Source of the DNA: Magnetovibrionaceae bacterium
GTDB lineage: Bacteria; Pseudomonadota; Alphaproteobacteria; Rhodospirillales; JBMYSY01
Length of the DNA stretch: 64,000 bases
Direction of reading: 5' to 3'
Assembly (NCBI GenBank): GCA_049603795.1
Contig: JBMYSY010000006.1
Location: 307-64,306, forward strand
Below the pieces are notes generated by a model. It ran no database searches, was not told the origin of the DNA, and saw nothing but the letters and a program-made list of their open reading frames with translations. This document shows positions 1 through 9,983 of the stretch, in pieces (position 1 is the stretch's first letter; the number at the start of each line of letters is the position of its first letter). The position numbers and the translations under genes are program-made.

Positions 1-840
1 CTGGCGTAACTGTACGACCGCGTGGGCCTTGACGGTCGGGTTGTGGGGGTTGGTCAAGCCGACCGGTTTTAGCGGGCCATAGCGCAGTGTCTCCCGGCCC
101 CGTTCGGCCATGACCTCGATCGGCAGGCAGCCCTCGAAGTAGGGGGTGTCTTTCTCCCACTGCTTGAAGTCGGTCTTATCGCCTTCGATCAGGGCCGTGA
201 TGAAGGTCTCGTAGGCCTCTTTGTCGAGCGGACAGTTGATGTAGTCCGACCCCGTGCCCTTGTCATAGCGGGATTGGAACCAGGCCTTGTCAAAGTCGAT
301 GCTGTCCTTGTGCACGATGGGCGCGATGGCATCAAAGAAGGCCAGGGCATCTTCGCCCGTTTCCGACCGGATCGCCTCGGCCAGGTCGGGAGCGGTCAGC
401 GGGCCGGTTGCGATGATCGTCGAACCCCAATCCTCCGGCGGCAGGCCGGTCAGCTCACCGCGCTCCAGAGTGACCAGGGGATGGTCCGCCAGGGCCTTCG
501 TCACCCCTTGAGAGAAACCATCGCGATCAACCGCAAGCGCGCCGCCCGCCGGGACCGCGTGTTCGTCGCCTTTGGACAAAATCAGCGAACCCGCGCGCCG
601 CATTTCTTCGTGCAGCAGGCCAACCGCGTTCAGCTCGGCATCGTCGGACCGGAAGGAGTTCGAACAGACCAGTTCGGCCAGACCATCCGTCTGGTGGGCC
701 GGTGTTTCGCGGACCGGGCGCATTTCGTGCAGGATCACCGGCAGTCCGGCGGAGGCGATTTGCCAGGCGGCCTCGGAACCGGCCAGGCCGCCGCCGACCA
801 CGTGGATCGGTTTCGTCTTGGGGGAGGATGTATCAGTCAT
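1..840 (-). CDS. trmFO: methylenetetrahydrofolate--tRNA-(uracil-5)-methyltransferase TrmFO (N-terminal 280 codons; C-terminus runs off the window)
   Basis: Hand translation of the minus strand from the ATG at complement 838-840: [67 protein letters not shown] GxGxxG fold and Gid/TrmFO-like sequence. The frame is open to position 1 and is absent from the ORF track because no stop lies in the window. Confidence 0.85.
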   Translation of the reverse strand, partial: MTDTSSPKTKPIHVVGGGLAGSEAAWQIASAGLPVILHEMRPVRETPAHQTDGLAELVCSNSFRSDDAELNAVGLLHEEMRRAGSLILSKGDEHAVPAGGALAVDRDGFSQGVTKALADHPLVTLERGELTGLPPEDWGSTIIATGPLTAPDLAEAIRSETGEDALAFFDAIAPIVHKDSIDFDKAWFQSRYDKGTGSDYINCPLDKEAYETFITALIEGDKTDFKQWEKDTPYFEGCLPIEVMAERGRETLRYGPLKPVGLTNPHNPTVKAHAVVQLRQ

Positions 841-1003
841 GGCCCCCACATACGGAAAGCGACGGCTTTTCGCAACAGGAGTCGGCAGAAAGGCTTTTCT
901 GAGGCGCGATGAGCGGCTAATTCAAGGTCGGTCACCGTGCCGCTGGATTGGGTCCCGGAGTGGGCTTCCGGGGCGGACTTCGCGCTGAGAGGGAAGAAGC
1001 GAA

Positions 1004-1459
1004 ATGGATAACTTGGAAGGCGTCTTTAGCAACAATCTGGTCCTGGCCCTGGTCCTGGTCGCGGCTGCGATCATGCTGAACAGGTCGATGCCGCGTTGGA
1101 CCGCCGGTTGTCCGTTCATCTCGCCGAAGGACGCGGAGAAGAAGATCGACAAGACCCCGGGTATCGTCGTCTTGGATGTGAGAACCGAAGCAGAATACAG
1201 CGGGAAGAAGGGGCATATTCCGGGGGCCGTGAACCTGCCCATGGCCGAGGTGGCGCTGCGCCTGGAAAGCATTGAAAAGAAGCTTTCGAACCTGAAAGAC
1301 CAACCGATCCTGATCCACTGCGCAGCGGAAGGCCGGGCGGCAAAGGTGGCCAAAAGGCTGCGCAAGGCGGGCTTTTCCGACCTTTCCGTGATCCAGGGGG
1401 GATTCAGCGCCTGGCGGCGCGCCGACCTGCCGGTCGAGGTCGAGGAAAAAGAGGGCTGA
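1004..1459 (+). CDS. rhodanese-domain sulfurtransferase with N-terminal membrane anchor
   Basis: VVLDVRTEAEY..GHIPGAVNLP..ILIHCAAEGRAAKVAKRL..GGFSAW. Active-site loop C-X4-R; hydrophobic N-terminus. Confidence 0.8.
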   Translation: MDNLEGVFSNNLVLALVLVAAAIMLNRSMPRWTAGCPFISPKDAEKKIDKTPGIVVLDVRTEAEYSGKKGHIPGAVNLPMAEVALRLESIEKKLSNLKDQPILIHCAAEGRAAKVAKRLRKAGFSDLSVIQGGFSAWRRADLPVEVEEKEG

Positions 1460-2491
1460 TCAACCTTCCGGCAGTTCCAATCCTAGGTCGTCGATGGAAC
1501 CCAAAGGCTGCCAGCGGCTGATTTCTTCCAGGATGTTCTGGCGCTGGGCGGGGGAGACATCGGCCTCGACTTCCGCCTGAATCACCTCTGCCCGGGCGGC
1601 TGCGGCGCTGCCGGGCTGAAGCCGCTGGACCAGACCGAGCCAGAAATAGGCCCGCCGGGCCTCATAGGCTTTAACGCGGCGCTGGTTGTTTTCTTCCACG
1701 GCCCGGTTGTCCGCGAAGTAGGTGCCGAGAGCCAGTTGCGCCGGGCCGTAGCCCTGACGGGCGGAACGCGCAAACCATTCGGCTGCCAGATCGTCCACCG
1801 GCAGCAGTCCGCCGAGACCATTCAACCTTGCGCGGCCCAGCAGAAACTGGGCATCCGCCCTTCCGGCCGTGGCCGCCTGTTCCAGAAGGTCGAGCGCCAT
1901 GGCCGCATTGGCGGGAACGCCGATCCCGGCGGTCAAGACTTGTGCGCCAAGGACCTTGGCCGCGTCATCGCCTTTTCGGGCCCCTTCCAGGCAGAGCTGG
2001 GCACCGCGTTCCGGGTCTGTCGGTACGTCAGCGCGGCCCTGGAGATAAAGTCCGCCCAGCGCGCAGAGCCCGGCGACCTGGCCTGCCGCGATGGCGCGCC
2101 GGTACCAGGCCATGGCTTCCAGGCCCGATGCGGCCCGACCCCGCCCGATGGCAAAGCAGCCCCCCAGGTCCAGGTAGGCCCTGCTCAGGCCCTTGGATGC
2201 CGCGCGTTCGAACCAGTCACAGGCAATTCCGGGGCTGGGGGCACGGCCCAATCCCAGCCAGTGCATGCGGCCGAGATTGACCATGGCGATCGGGTCCCCC
2301 TGCAGGGCGCGTGCGCGGAACAGCCCGTCGGCGGTTAACCAGTCGCCGGATTCCACCGCAAGTCTAGCCGGATCGGGCAGGTTCAGGTCGAAAGCAGACT
2401 GGGCTTCAACCGGGCGACAGAGCCCGCCAAAGAACCAAAACGTGACGGCGGTCAACGCAAAGACCCTAAAAAAGCTATTGATTTGGCGCAT
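1460..2491 (-). CDS. Sel1-repeat (SLR/TPR-like) secreted protein
   Basis: N-terminal signal-like segment. Repeated A-x-WY/WF-x-x-AA-x-G motifs (WFERAASKG, AWYRRAIAAG, EWFARSARQG) typical of Sel1 repeats. Confidence 0.75.
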   Translation of the reverse strand: MRQINSFFRVFALTAVTFWFFGGLCRPVEAQSAFDLNLPDPARLAVESGDWLTADGLFRARALQGDPIAMVNLGRMHWLGLGRAPSPGIACDWFERAASKGLSRAYLDLGGCFAIGRGRAASGLEAMAWYRRAIAAGQVAGLCALGGLYLQGRADVPTDPERGAQLCLEGARKGDDAAKVLGAQVLTAGIGVPANAAMALDLLEQAATAGRADAQFLLGRARLNGLGGLLPVDDLAAEWFARSARQGYGPAQLALGTYFADNRAVEENNQRRVKAYEARRAYFWLGLVQRLQPGSAAAARAEVIQAEVEADVSPAQRQNILEEISRWQPLGSIDDLGLELPEG

Positions 2492-2573
2492 GAATTGGCT
2501 CGACGCGATGAAACGGTTTCAAAGGGCAGCATATCACGTCGGGAAGGGTTGAAGAGATGCCAAGAGGTTTAAC

Positions 2574-3464
2574 TTGCGATTTCTTCTTTTTGCCAACATG
2601 CTGCGCCTTTCGGGTGGGATGATGCTTGGTCGTTTAGCCTTGATCGGGAGTTCACTCGTGCCGCCGATTTCTCCAGCCGTTCCGCGCGTCCTGGGCCTGG
2701 TCATCATGATGATCGGGGTAGGGTTTCTCGCGTTCGGATCGGCAAGGGCGGAGGACCGCAATCCCTCCCGGCAGGTCGAGGACCAAACCTCGTCACCGCT
2801 GGAACTGCTGGTCTTTGAGCGTCCACCTTACTATCAGGTCGATCCCATCGACGGCATTGTCGGACTGGTCGTGGAGCCGGTCGAAAGGGCGCTCGAAGCG
2901 GCCGGTATCGCTTTTCGATGGCAGGTTTCCCCTTCGTCCGAGCACCTGGATATCGTTCGGCGGAATGATCGTCCCGTCTGCGCCACGGGCTGGTTCCGCA
3001 CGCCGGAGCGGGAGACCTTTGCTCGGTTCACCAAGGCCGTCTATCAGGATCGCCCCATGGCGATTCTTATCCGCTCCGATAACGAACGCGCGCTGCGCCA
3101 CGATGCGATAGCCGACCTGATCAACGACCGTGGGCTGACCTTCGGACGTAAGTTGGGCTTTTCCTATGGCACGGCTTTGGACGCTATGCTGAGCGAGGCT
3201 CGCCCGCCTGCCTTCACGACGGCGCAAAACATGAAGGGCATGATCCGATTGTTGGTTTCCAAACGGTTCGACTATCTGTTTGCAGCGGCGGAAGAAGCCG
3301 AAACCCTGGTCGAGACCCTGGGTGGCAGAAGCGGTTCCGTGAAAATCCGCTTCCCCAAGGGGACCCCGCCAGCCAACACCCGCCACCTGATGTGCAGCCT
3401 TTCGGTGCCGGAAGCCGTAATCCGCAAAGTGGATGCGGCCCTGGTTCGCGACCAGCGCCCCTGA
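2574..3464 (+). CDS. periplasmic solute-binding protein family 3-like protein (orphan, no permease or ATPase nearby)
   Basis: Signal/anchor segment followed by LLVFERPPYY..GIVGLVVEPVERALEAAGI..W..PERETFARFTKAVYQDR, which resembles SBP_bac_3 orphans. The track ORF starts at an alternative start codon; an in-frame ATG at 2598 is also possible. Confidence 0.5.
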   Translation: MRFLLFANMLRLSGGMMLGRLALIGSSLVPPISPAVPRVLGLVIMMIGVGFLAFGSARAEDRNPSRQVEDQTSSPLELLVFERPPYYQVDPIDGIVGLVVEPVERALEAAGIAFRWQVSPSSEHLDIVRRNDRPVCATGWFRTPERETFARFTKAVYQDRPMAILIRSDNERALRHDAIADLINDRGLTFGRKLGFSYGTALDAMLSEARPPAFTTAQNMKGMIRLLVSKRFDYLFAAAEEAETLVETLGGRSGSVKIRFPKGTPPANTRHLMCSLSVPEAVIRKVDAALVRDQRP

Positions 3465-3482
3465 CGGTCCTATGGTCCCCGC

Positions 3483-4355
3483 ATGATCATCTCTGCCAGC
3501 TATCGGACAGACATCCCGGCTTTCTATGCCGATTGGTTTGTGGAGCGATTGGCCCTGGGCCGGGTTGATGTCCGAAACCCCTATTCGGCGCGCGTCGATA
3601 CGGTGGATCTTCGTCCTCAATCCGTTGACGGTTTTGTCTTCTGGACCCGCAATATGGCTCCCTTCACGGATGCGCTTCGGCTGGTCGAGGATGCGGGCTA
3701 TCCCTTTACCGTCCAGTACACGGTGACCGGCTATCCGCGGCTGCTGGAAGAACGGGTCATCCGGCCGGAGCAGGCGATCCGGAGCATTCAAGACTTGAGC
3801 GATCAATTCGGCCCCCGGGCGGTGGTCTGGCGCTATGACCCGATCATCCTGTCCCAACAGACGGATACCGCCTGGCATCTGGAGACCTTCAGGTCGCTTT
3901 TGGCCGAACTGGAGGGCTATGTCGATGAATGTGCCCTGTCCTTCATGGAACCTTATGCGAAGACCCAACGGAACCTGAAACCCGTGGCGGCTGAGCTTGC
4001 CCTTCGAGAGCCGGACGAGGCCGCGAAGCTTGATCTCTTGAATGAACTTGCCCCCATGGCCGAAGAGGCGGGTGTGCAATTGACGCTTTGCACCCAGCCT
4101 GCCCTGGTCGATGCGTCTGGCTTGCCCGCAGCACGATGCGTCGATGCGGACAGGCTCTCAGACGTCGCCGGCTATGAAATCGAGGCCAAGGTCAAGGGCA
4201 ACCGGAAGGGATGCTTGTGTCACGAATCCCGCGACATTGGTGCCTACGACACTTGCCCGCACGGCTGCCTCTATTGCTACGCGGTCAATGATCGAGACAA
4301 GGCCGTAGCCCGCTACAAGGAGCACCGTCCTTCGGACAAGGGGCTCTGCCTTTAG
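3483..4355 (+). CDS. DUF1848-like protein with C-terminal CX3CX2C cysteine cluster
   Basis: [49 protein letters not shown]. Recognised from memory as the DUF1848 family. Its stop overlaps the uvrA stop (4352-4355). Confidence 0.6.
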   Translation: MIISASYRTDIPAFYADWFVERLALGRVDVRNPYSARVDTVDLRPQSVDGFVFWTRNMAPFTDALRLVEDAGYPFTVQYTVTGYPRLLEERVIRPEQAIRSIQDLSDQFGPRAVVWRYDPIILSQQTDTAWHLETFRSLLAELEGYVDECALSFMEPYAKTQRNLKPVAAELALREPDEAAKLDLLNELAPMAEEAGVQLTLCTQPALVDASGLPAARCVDADRLSDVAGYEIEAKVKGNRKGCLCHESRDIGAYDTCPHGCLYCYAVNDRDKAVARYKEHRPSDKGLCL

Positions 4356-7198
4356 GCGGACTGTTTGGCTTGGCTTTTTTGCAGATAGGGTGTCAGGTAT
4401 TTTCCGGTGTAACTGGCCGGTTCCGCTGCCACCTCTTCCGGCCGGCCCGCTGCCACCAGCTGGCCCCCTTTCGAGCCGCCTTCGGGGCCGAGGTCGATGA
4501 TCCAATCGGCGGTCTTGATGACCTCCAGGTTGTGTTCGATCACCAGGACCGTGTTGCCCTGTTCGACCAGGGTGTGCAGCACCTCGAGCAGCTTGCGCAC
4601 GTCTTCGAAATGCAGGCCCGTGGTGGGTTCGTCCAGGATGTAGAAGGTCTTTCCGGTGGAGCGGCGGCTGAGTTCCTTGGACAGCTTCACCCGCTGCGCC
4701 TCGCCGCCGGAGAGTGTTGTCGCCTGTTGGCCGAGGTGAATGTAGCCGAGGCCAACCTTTTGTAAGGTCACCATCTTGTCGCGGATGGCGGGGACCGCCT
4801 TGAAGAAATCCACCGCTTCATCGACCGTGAGGTCCAGCACGTCGGCGATGGATTTGCCCCGGAAGGTGATATCGAGCGTTTCCCGGTTGTAGCGCTTGCC
4901 CTTGCACTGGTCGCACTGGACGTAGACGTCGGGCAGGAAGTGCATCTCGATCTTGATCACGCCATCGCCCTGGCAGGCCTCGCAGCGTCCGCCCTTGACG
5001 TTGAAGGAGAACCGGCCTGGCTTGTAACCGCGCGCCTGGGACTCCGGCAGACCGGCAAACCAATCGCGGATCGGCGTGAAGGCTCCGGTATAGGTCGCCG
5101 GGTTGGAGCGGGGGGTGCGACCGATGGGGCTCTGGTCGATGTCGACCACCTTGTCGATCAGTTCCAGGCCCTTGAGGCTGGCGTGTTCTCCCGGGTGCTC
5201 CCGCGCACCGTTCAACCGACGCGCCAGGGCCTTATAGAGGGTTTCGATCACCAGGGTCGACTTGCCGCCGCCGGAGACGCCGGTGACGCAGGTAAAGGTG
5301 CCAAGCGGGAAATCAACGTCGATGCCGTTCAGGTTGTTCGCCGTTGCCCCCTTCAGCTTAAGGGCCTTGGTCTTCTTGATCGGGCGGCGCTTTGCGGGCA
5401 GGGGAACTTCTCGCGCGCCGGTCAGATACTGGCCGGTCAGGCTGGCGGGGTTGGCCATGACGTCGGCAGGTACGCCTTGAGCGACCACCTTGCCGCCGTG
5501 CACCCCGGCACCGGGACCCATGTCCACCAGGTAATCGGCCTTGCGGATGGCGTCTTCGTCGTGCTCGACCACGATGACCGTGTTGTCGAGGTCGCGCAGG
5601 CGGGTGAGGGTTTCCAGCAAGCGATCATTGTCGCGTTGGTGCAGGCCGATGGAAGGCTCGTCCAGAACATAAAGCACACCGGTGAGGCCGGAGCCGATCT
5701 GGGAGGCAAGACGGATGCGCTGACTTTCGCCGCCCGACAGGGTGCCGGAAGACCGCGACAGCGTCAGGTATTCCAGGCCCACGTTGCGCAAGAACCCAAG
5801 ACGCTCGTTGATCTCCCGCAGAATCCGCCTAGCGATTTCCTGATCCTTGGCCCCCAGTTTGTCTTCGAGTGCCAGGAACCAATCGCCCGCCTGATCGATG
5901 GAGAAGTCGGTGACTTCCGAGACATGCAGGCCGGCGATTTTGACGGCAAGCGCCTCGGGTTTAAGCCGGGCCCCGCCGCAGGCCTCGCAGGGGGCAACGG
6001 TCTGGAAGCGGGAAAGTTCGTCCCGGACCCAGTTGGAATCGGTTTCCCGCCAGCGCCTTTCCATATTCGGAATAACCCCTTCAAAGGGCTTGCGGACCTC
6101 ATAGGAGCGGATGCCATCGTCATAGCGCATCAGGACCGTCTCGCCGCCGGAGCCATAAAGAATGGCATTCCGGACCGCTGCGGTGAGCTTTCCAAAAGGC
6201 GTCGTGAGCTTGAAGTCATAATGCTTGGCGAGGCCTTCCAGCGTCTGGCCATAGTACTTCGACGAGGAGTTGGCCCAGGGCGCGATGGCACCGGATTTCA
6301 GGCTGATGGTGTCGTCCGGCACGACCAGATCGGGATCGAAAAACATCTCGGTTCCCAATCCGTCGCAGGCCGGGCAGGCACCGAAAGGGTTGTTGAAGGA
6401 AAACAGCCGGGGTTCGACCTCATCAATGGTGAAGCCGGAGACCGGACAGGCGAATTTGGCCGAAAAGGTGATGCGCTCTTCCGTGTCCGCGTTGTCCATG
6501 AAGACAAGACCGTCGGCCAGGTCGAGCGCGGTCTCCAGGCTGTCTGCGAGGCGGGTTTCCAGGCCTTCGCGGACCACAAGCCGGTCCACCACCACCTCGA
6601 TATCGTGTTTGACCTTTTTGTTCAGGGCGGGCACCTCGTCCAGGTCGTAAAGTTCTCCATCGACCCGGACACGCTGGAAGCCGCGCTTGGCAAGCTCGGC
6701 CATTTCCTTTTTGTATTCGCCTTTGCGGCCCCGGACGATGGGGGCCAGCAGATAGAGCCTTGTTCCTTCCTCCAAGGTCATAACCCGATCAACCATCTGG
6801 CTCACGGTCTGGCTTTCGATCGGCAAGCCGGTCGCGGGCGAATGGGGCACGCCAACGCGGGCCCAGAGCAGGCGCATATAGTCGTAGATCTCGGTCACCG
6901 TACCGACGGTCGAACGTGGGTTGCGGCTGGTTGTCTTCTGTTCGATGGAGATGGCTGGCGACAGGCCTTCAATGGCGTCAACATCCGGCTTCTGCATCAG
7001 TTCCAGGAACTGTCGCGCATAGGCGGATAGGCTTTCCACATAGCGCCGCTGGCCCTCGGCATAGATCGTATCGAAGGCGAGCGAGGACTTGCCCGACCCG
7101 GAAAGCCCGGTGATCACTGTCAATGTATTGCGGGGAATATCCAGGCTGACATCGCGCAGATTATGTTCCCGCGCGCCGCGGATAATGATCTTGTCCAT
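4352..7198 (-). CDS. uvrA: excinuclease ABC subunit A
   Basis: 948 aa. [37 protein letters not shown], two ABC ATPase modules and zinc-finger Cys motifs. Unambiguous UvrA. Confidence 0.98.
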   Translation of the reverse strand: MDKIIIRGAREHNLRDVSLDIPRNTLTVITGLSGSGKSSLAFDTIYAEGQRRYVESLSAYARQFLELMQKPDVDAIEGLSPAISIEQKTTSRNPRSTVGTVTEIYDYMRLLWARVGVPHSPATGLPIESQTVSQMVDRVMTLEEGTRLYLLAPIVRGRKGEYKKEMAELAKRGFQRVRVDGELYDLDEVPALNKKVKHDIEVVVDRLVVREGLETRLADSLETALDLADGLVFMDNADTEERITFSAKFACPVSGFTIDEVEPRLFSFNNPFGACPACDGLGTEMFFDPDLVVPDDTISLKSGAIAPWANSSSKYYGQTLEGLAKHYDFKLTTPFGKLTAAVRNAILYGSGGETVLMRYDDGIRSYEVRKPFEGVIPNMERRWRETDSNWVRDELSRFQTVAPCEACGGARLKPEALAVKIAGLHVSEVTDFSIDQAGDWFLALEDKLGAKDQEIARRILREINERLGFLRNVGLEYLTLSRSSGTLSGGESQRIRLASQIGSGLTGVLYVLDEPSIGLHQRDNDRLLETLTRLRDLDNTVIVVEHDEDAIRKADYLVDMGPGAGVHGGKVVAQGVPADVMANPASLTGQYLTGAREVPLPAKRRPIKKTKALKLKGATANNLNGIDVDFPLGTFTCVTGVSGGGKSTLVIETLYKALARRLNGAREHPGEHASLKGLELIDKVVDIDQSPIGRTPRSNPATYTGAFTPIRDWFAGLPESQARGYKPGRFSFNVKGGRCEACQGDGVIKIEMHFLPDVYVQCDQCKGKRYNRETLDITFRGKSIADVLDLTVDEAVDFFKAVPAIRDKMVTLQKVGLGYIHLGQQATTLSGGEAQRVKLSKELSRRSTGKTFYILDEPTTGLHFEDVRKLLEVLHTLVEQGNTVLVIEHNLEVIKTADWIIDLGPEGGSKGGQLVAAGRPEEVAAEPASYTGKYLTPYLQKSQAKQSA

Positions 7199-7741
7199 GG
7201 AGATAACGCTTTCGCCTAGATGCGGCCTTCAGATGGCCAATACGGGATGGAGGGCGGGATCGGGAGAACGGTACGGGACTGAAATCGAAGAGCAACCCGA
7301 ATTTCGACGCCAGGCCACCTGCTGGTCTCGGTAATATGGGCTTTCAAGCCTGGGATGGAAAGCTTCGCACAAGCCAGTGGTTGTCAATAGCAACAATGAA
7401 GCCAGGGTTGTGGAAAACCTCGTGGATGAAAACACCTAAGGCGCTGGTACCACGTCAAAAAGACCAAAGCGAAAGTCCGGAGGCCAAAAAGCGTAAAATC
7501 TATAGTGCATTGATTTTAAAGACGAAAAATATCCAATATCATAAATTCGTAACGAGAAATTTCTGAACCCCGGAATGGCCGACTCCCCGGCTCCGACATG
7601 TGGAAAGTGTTCACACTGTCGGGGGCTTGTAGCCGTCTTCAACCGCCATGTCACAAAACGGGAACTCTCTGAAACGCAACTGAAAAGGTCCGGTATAGCC
7701 TTCGTGCGGAGGTCTCGGTTGTCGGCTTGAAAGTCAAATTT

Positions 7742-7756
7742 GTTCGTTTTTTGTTC
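7742..7756. promoter_or_regulatory. alphaproteobacterial-type LexA (SOS) box GTTC-N7-GTTC
   Basis: GTTCGTTTTTTGTTC read directly in the uvrA-ssb divergent intergenic region, about 147 nt upstream of the ssb ATG. It matches the GTTC-N7-GTTC direct-repeat consensus described for Alphaproteobacteria. Confidence 0.6.
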
Positions 7757-7902
7757 TTGAGTTGAGTGAGCTTTTCGGTCAGGGTTCCGGTTCGGGTTTC
7801 CGACTGGTCGGAGGCGAGGTGCCGCGTTAACCTTTTCTCCGACAGCTTGGCTTCGATTCGGGCCGGGCTTTACAAAAATTGAAAGCGTCGAGAGGGCAGA
7901 TC

Positions 7903-8424
7903 ATGGCTGGCAGCGTGAACAAGGTGATTTTGGTGGGCAATCTGGGCCGCGACCCGGAGGTCCGGCATTCCCAGAATGGCGCGAAGATCGTCAACTTCTC
8001 CATCGCCACCTCCGAGAGCTGGAACGACAAGGCCTCGGGCGAACGGCGCGAAAAGACCGAATGGCATCGTATTGTTGTGTTTAACGAGCGCATTGCCGAC
8101 GTGGTCGAACGCTACGTACGCAAGGGCTCAAAAGTCTACGTCGAGGGTTCCCTGCAGACCCGCAAATGGCAGGGCCAGGATGGTCAGGAGCGTTACACGA
8201 CCGAGGTGGTGATTGATCGCTTCAAGGGCGAATTGACCATGCTGGACAGCCGCAACGCCGGCGGCAGCGGGGGCTACGCCTCCGGGGACCCTGGACCGAG
8301 CGATCCTTACGGCGATTCCTACGGCGGTCCGTCTTCGGGCGGCGGCGGCGGCGGTTCCCAGCCCTCCGGTCCGTCGGGCGGCGCACGCCCAGGTGCCGAT
8401 CTGGACGACGAAATTCCGTTCTGA
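7903..8424 (+). CDS. ssb: single-stranded DNA-binding protein
   Basis: [41 protein letters not shown].., Gly-rich tail ending DDEIPF. The ATG at 7903 has an AGAGGG Shine-Dalgarno sequence. The track ORF starts 24 nt earlier at TTG. Confidence 0.95.
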   Translation: MAGSVNKVILVGNLGRDPEVRHSQNGAKIVNFSIATSESWNDKASGERREKTEWHRIVVFNERIADVVERYVRKGSKVYVEGSLQTRKWQGQDGQERYTTEVVIDRFKGELTMLDSRNAGGSGGYASGDPGPSDPYGDSYGGPSSGGGGGGSQPSGPSGGARPGADLDDEIPF

Positions 8425-8426
8425 CT

Positions 8427-9215
8427 ATGGGCCAGACGACAGGAACCAAGTTTTACGATGGCCAATTGCCCGCAGGCGCTGACTCCTGGGAGACTGTGCG
8501 CGACTCTCTCCCAAGGTCCCTGCTTGAAAAGTACGAGGTGCATAGTTTCCGAAACGCCGCCATCGTTTTAGGCCAAGCGCTAGCTGACGATTTCGATGAA
8601 ATTGCTGAGGCTCTTGCCCGCTTCAATCTCACGACGGATATGATAAGGACTGCCGGTGGAAATGAGTCAGCTATTCCAAAGGCGTTTAGCGAAGTCTTGA
8701 GGCCTTTGGGTTGGCAGGAGACCAAGATACAAGGGGACTTGTTAGTTCGAATAGAATCCGTCCAGGGAACTGGAAATGCTCGAAGGAAAGTAACGGATAC
8801 AGTTACAAAAGAGAATTTTTTGGATGGTCATAAAATTGATTACGTTAAGAACCGCATAGCATTTGACCTAGAGTGGAATAGTAAAGATCAGACATTTGAC
8901 CGCGACCTGTATGCGTTTAGCGCTTTTTTTCAATGTGGCATCATTGATGCGGCTGTTTTGGTTACACGGTCGGCGAGCTTGAATCCAGTTTTTCAAGATC
9001 TTGGACATTCGCTAACGGCTACAGGCGAAGTTGAAACAAATCGGTCTGGTGAGCCTAGGCTGGTGAAAGGAAAATTCGGGGCTAGTACAACCTGGATGGG
9101 GAAGCTCCTCTATCGTTTGAATGCTGGTAGAAATGGTGGTTGCCCGGTGCTAGCCGTCGGTATCTCTCCAGCTTGTATCTCCGATTTGGAATTGGGAGTT
9201 CAAGATGACCAATAA
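8427..9215 (+). CDS. type II restriction endonuclease, BglII/BstYI-like
   Basis: Core HKIDYVKNRIAFDLEWNSKD (D-X8-D-X-E) and C-terminal LNAGRNGGCPVLAVGISP parallel the BstYI segments TDFVKDRVAIEVQFG and IRQGRGVPAVPLVLIGVAP as I recall them. Low-GC gene overlapping a methylase gene. Confidence 0.6.
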   Translation: MGQTTGTKFYDGQLPAGADSWETVRDSLPRSLLEKYEVHSFRNAAIVLGQALADDFDEIAEALARFNLTTDMIRTAGGNESAIPKAFSEVLRPLGWQETKIQGDLLVRIESVQGTGNARRKVTDTVTKENFLDGHKIDYVKNRIAFDLEWNSKDQTFDRDLYAFSAFFQCGIIDAAVLVTRSASLNPVFQDLGHSLTATGEVETNRSGEPRLVKGKFGASTTWMGKLLYRLNAGRNGGCPVLAVGISPACISDLELGVQDDQ

Positions 9216-9834
9216 GGCTGCCGTTGATCTCCATGCCTCTCTAGAAGGACTGTCTTTCTCTACGATTTTAGCTGATCCTCCGTGGAGATTTCAGAACAGA
9301 ACAGGAAAGATGGCCCCGGAGCACAAGCGGCTGAACCGCTATGACACGATGACCTTGGAAGATATTTGTGGATTGCCAGTCGAACAGTACGCGAACGACC
9401 CTTCCCACTTATATTTATGGGTTCCGAATGCCCTTTTGCCTGATGGTTTGGCTGTAATGGAAGCCTGGGGGTTTCAGTATAAGTCCAATTTGGTTTGGCA
9501 TAAGATTAGAAAAGATGGTGGAAGCGATGGGCGCGGTGTTGGATTTTACTTCAGGAATGTAACTGAACTCGTACTTTTTGGCGTGCGAGGAAAAAACGCG
9601 AGAACGTTGCCCCCCGCTCGGAGCCAAGTAAATTTGCTGGCGACAAGGAAGCGTGAGCATTCCAGAAAGCCGGATGAATTGTATGACATCATTGAAGCCT
9701 GCAGCTCTGGTCCACGACTGGAGCTATTCGCGCGCGGACGTCGGGAGGGATGGCACCTTTGGGGCAATGAATCCGATCATTATGAGATCAATTGGGAGAC
9801 CTATTCCCATCACAGTCAGGTTGCCGCTACTTGA
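9205..9834 (+). CDS. MT-A70 family DNA methyltransferase (probable N6-adenine)
   Basis: ILADPPWRFQNR (DPPW catalytic motif), ..LYLWVPN.., ..HSRKPDELYDIIE.., LFARGRREGWHLWGNE. Overlaps the endonuclease gene by 11 nt. Confidence 0.8.
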   Translation: MTNKAAVDLHASLEGLSFSTILADPPWRFQNRTGKMAPEHKRLNRYDTMTLEDICGLPVEQYANDPSHLYLWVPNALLPDGLAVMEAWGFQYKSNLVWHKIRKDGGSDGRGVGFYFRNVTELVLFGVRGKNARTLPPARSQVNLLATRKREHSRKPDELYDIIEACSSGPRLELFARGRREGWHLWGNESDHYEINWETYSHHSQVAAT

Positions 9835-9983
9835 ATGAAATCGGCCCGTAACACCCCTGTCACGTTGTTGTCTGGCCGGGCCGCGCCATGCTATTTTACC
9901 GCCTCTTTGAAGGGGCGAATCCGGCTGTGATTTCGGATGGCCGAGCTCCTTTTTCAATAGCTTGATTTGATTGGACTTTTTTC

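Noticed and set aside
1460-2491. Two Sel1-repeat proteins (1460-2491 and 25674-26195) as possible components of a shared system.
   Set aside because: They are 23 kb apart, on separate transcription units with their own terminators, and belong to a very common repeat family. Nothing in the sequence shows functional linkage.
4940-7030. 696-aa plus-strand ORF antisense to uvrA. Similar long antisense or alternate-frame ORFs occur at 274-912, 2793-4079, 9990-11279, 16211-17602, 26309-27388, 35354-36778, 47830-48705, 51067-51888, 52480-53508 and 59970-60854.
   Set aside because: Each lies entirely inside a confidently identified gene on the other strand. Their translations are Arg/Gly/Pro/Ala-rich and low in complexity, with no recognisable motifs. 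This is the expected stop-codon-poor antisense frame in high-GC DNA.
7266-7280. Candidate second LexA box GAACGGTACGGGACT near the uvrA start.
   Set aside because: The second half-site (GACT) has two mismatches to GAAC, which is too weak to call without comparative or experimental support.
7229-7435. 68-codon minus-strand ORF directly upstream of uvrA with a hydrophobic N-terminus.
   Set aside because: No convincing lipobox or signal cleavage site and no clear ribosome-binding site. By eye its third-position GC is far below that of the real genes here. It is kept only as a note within the intergenic-region finding.
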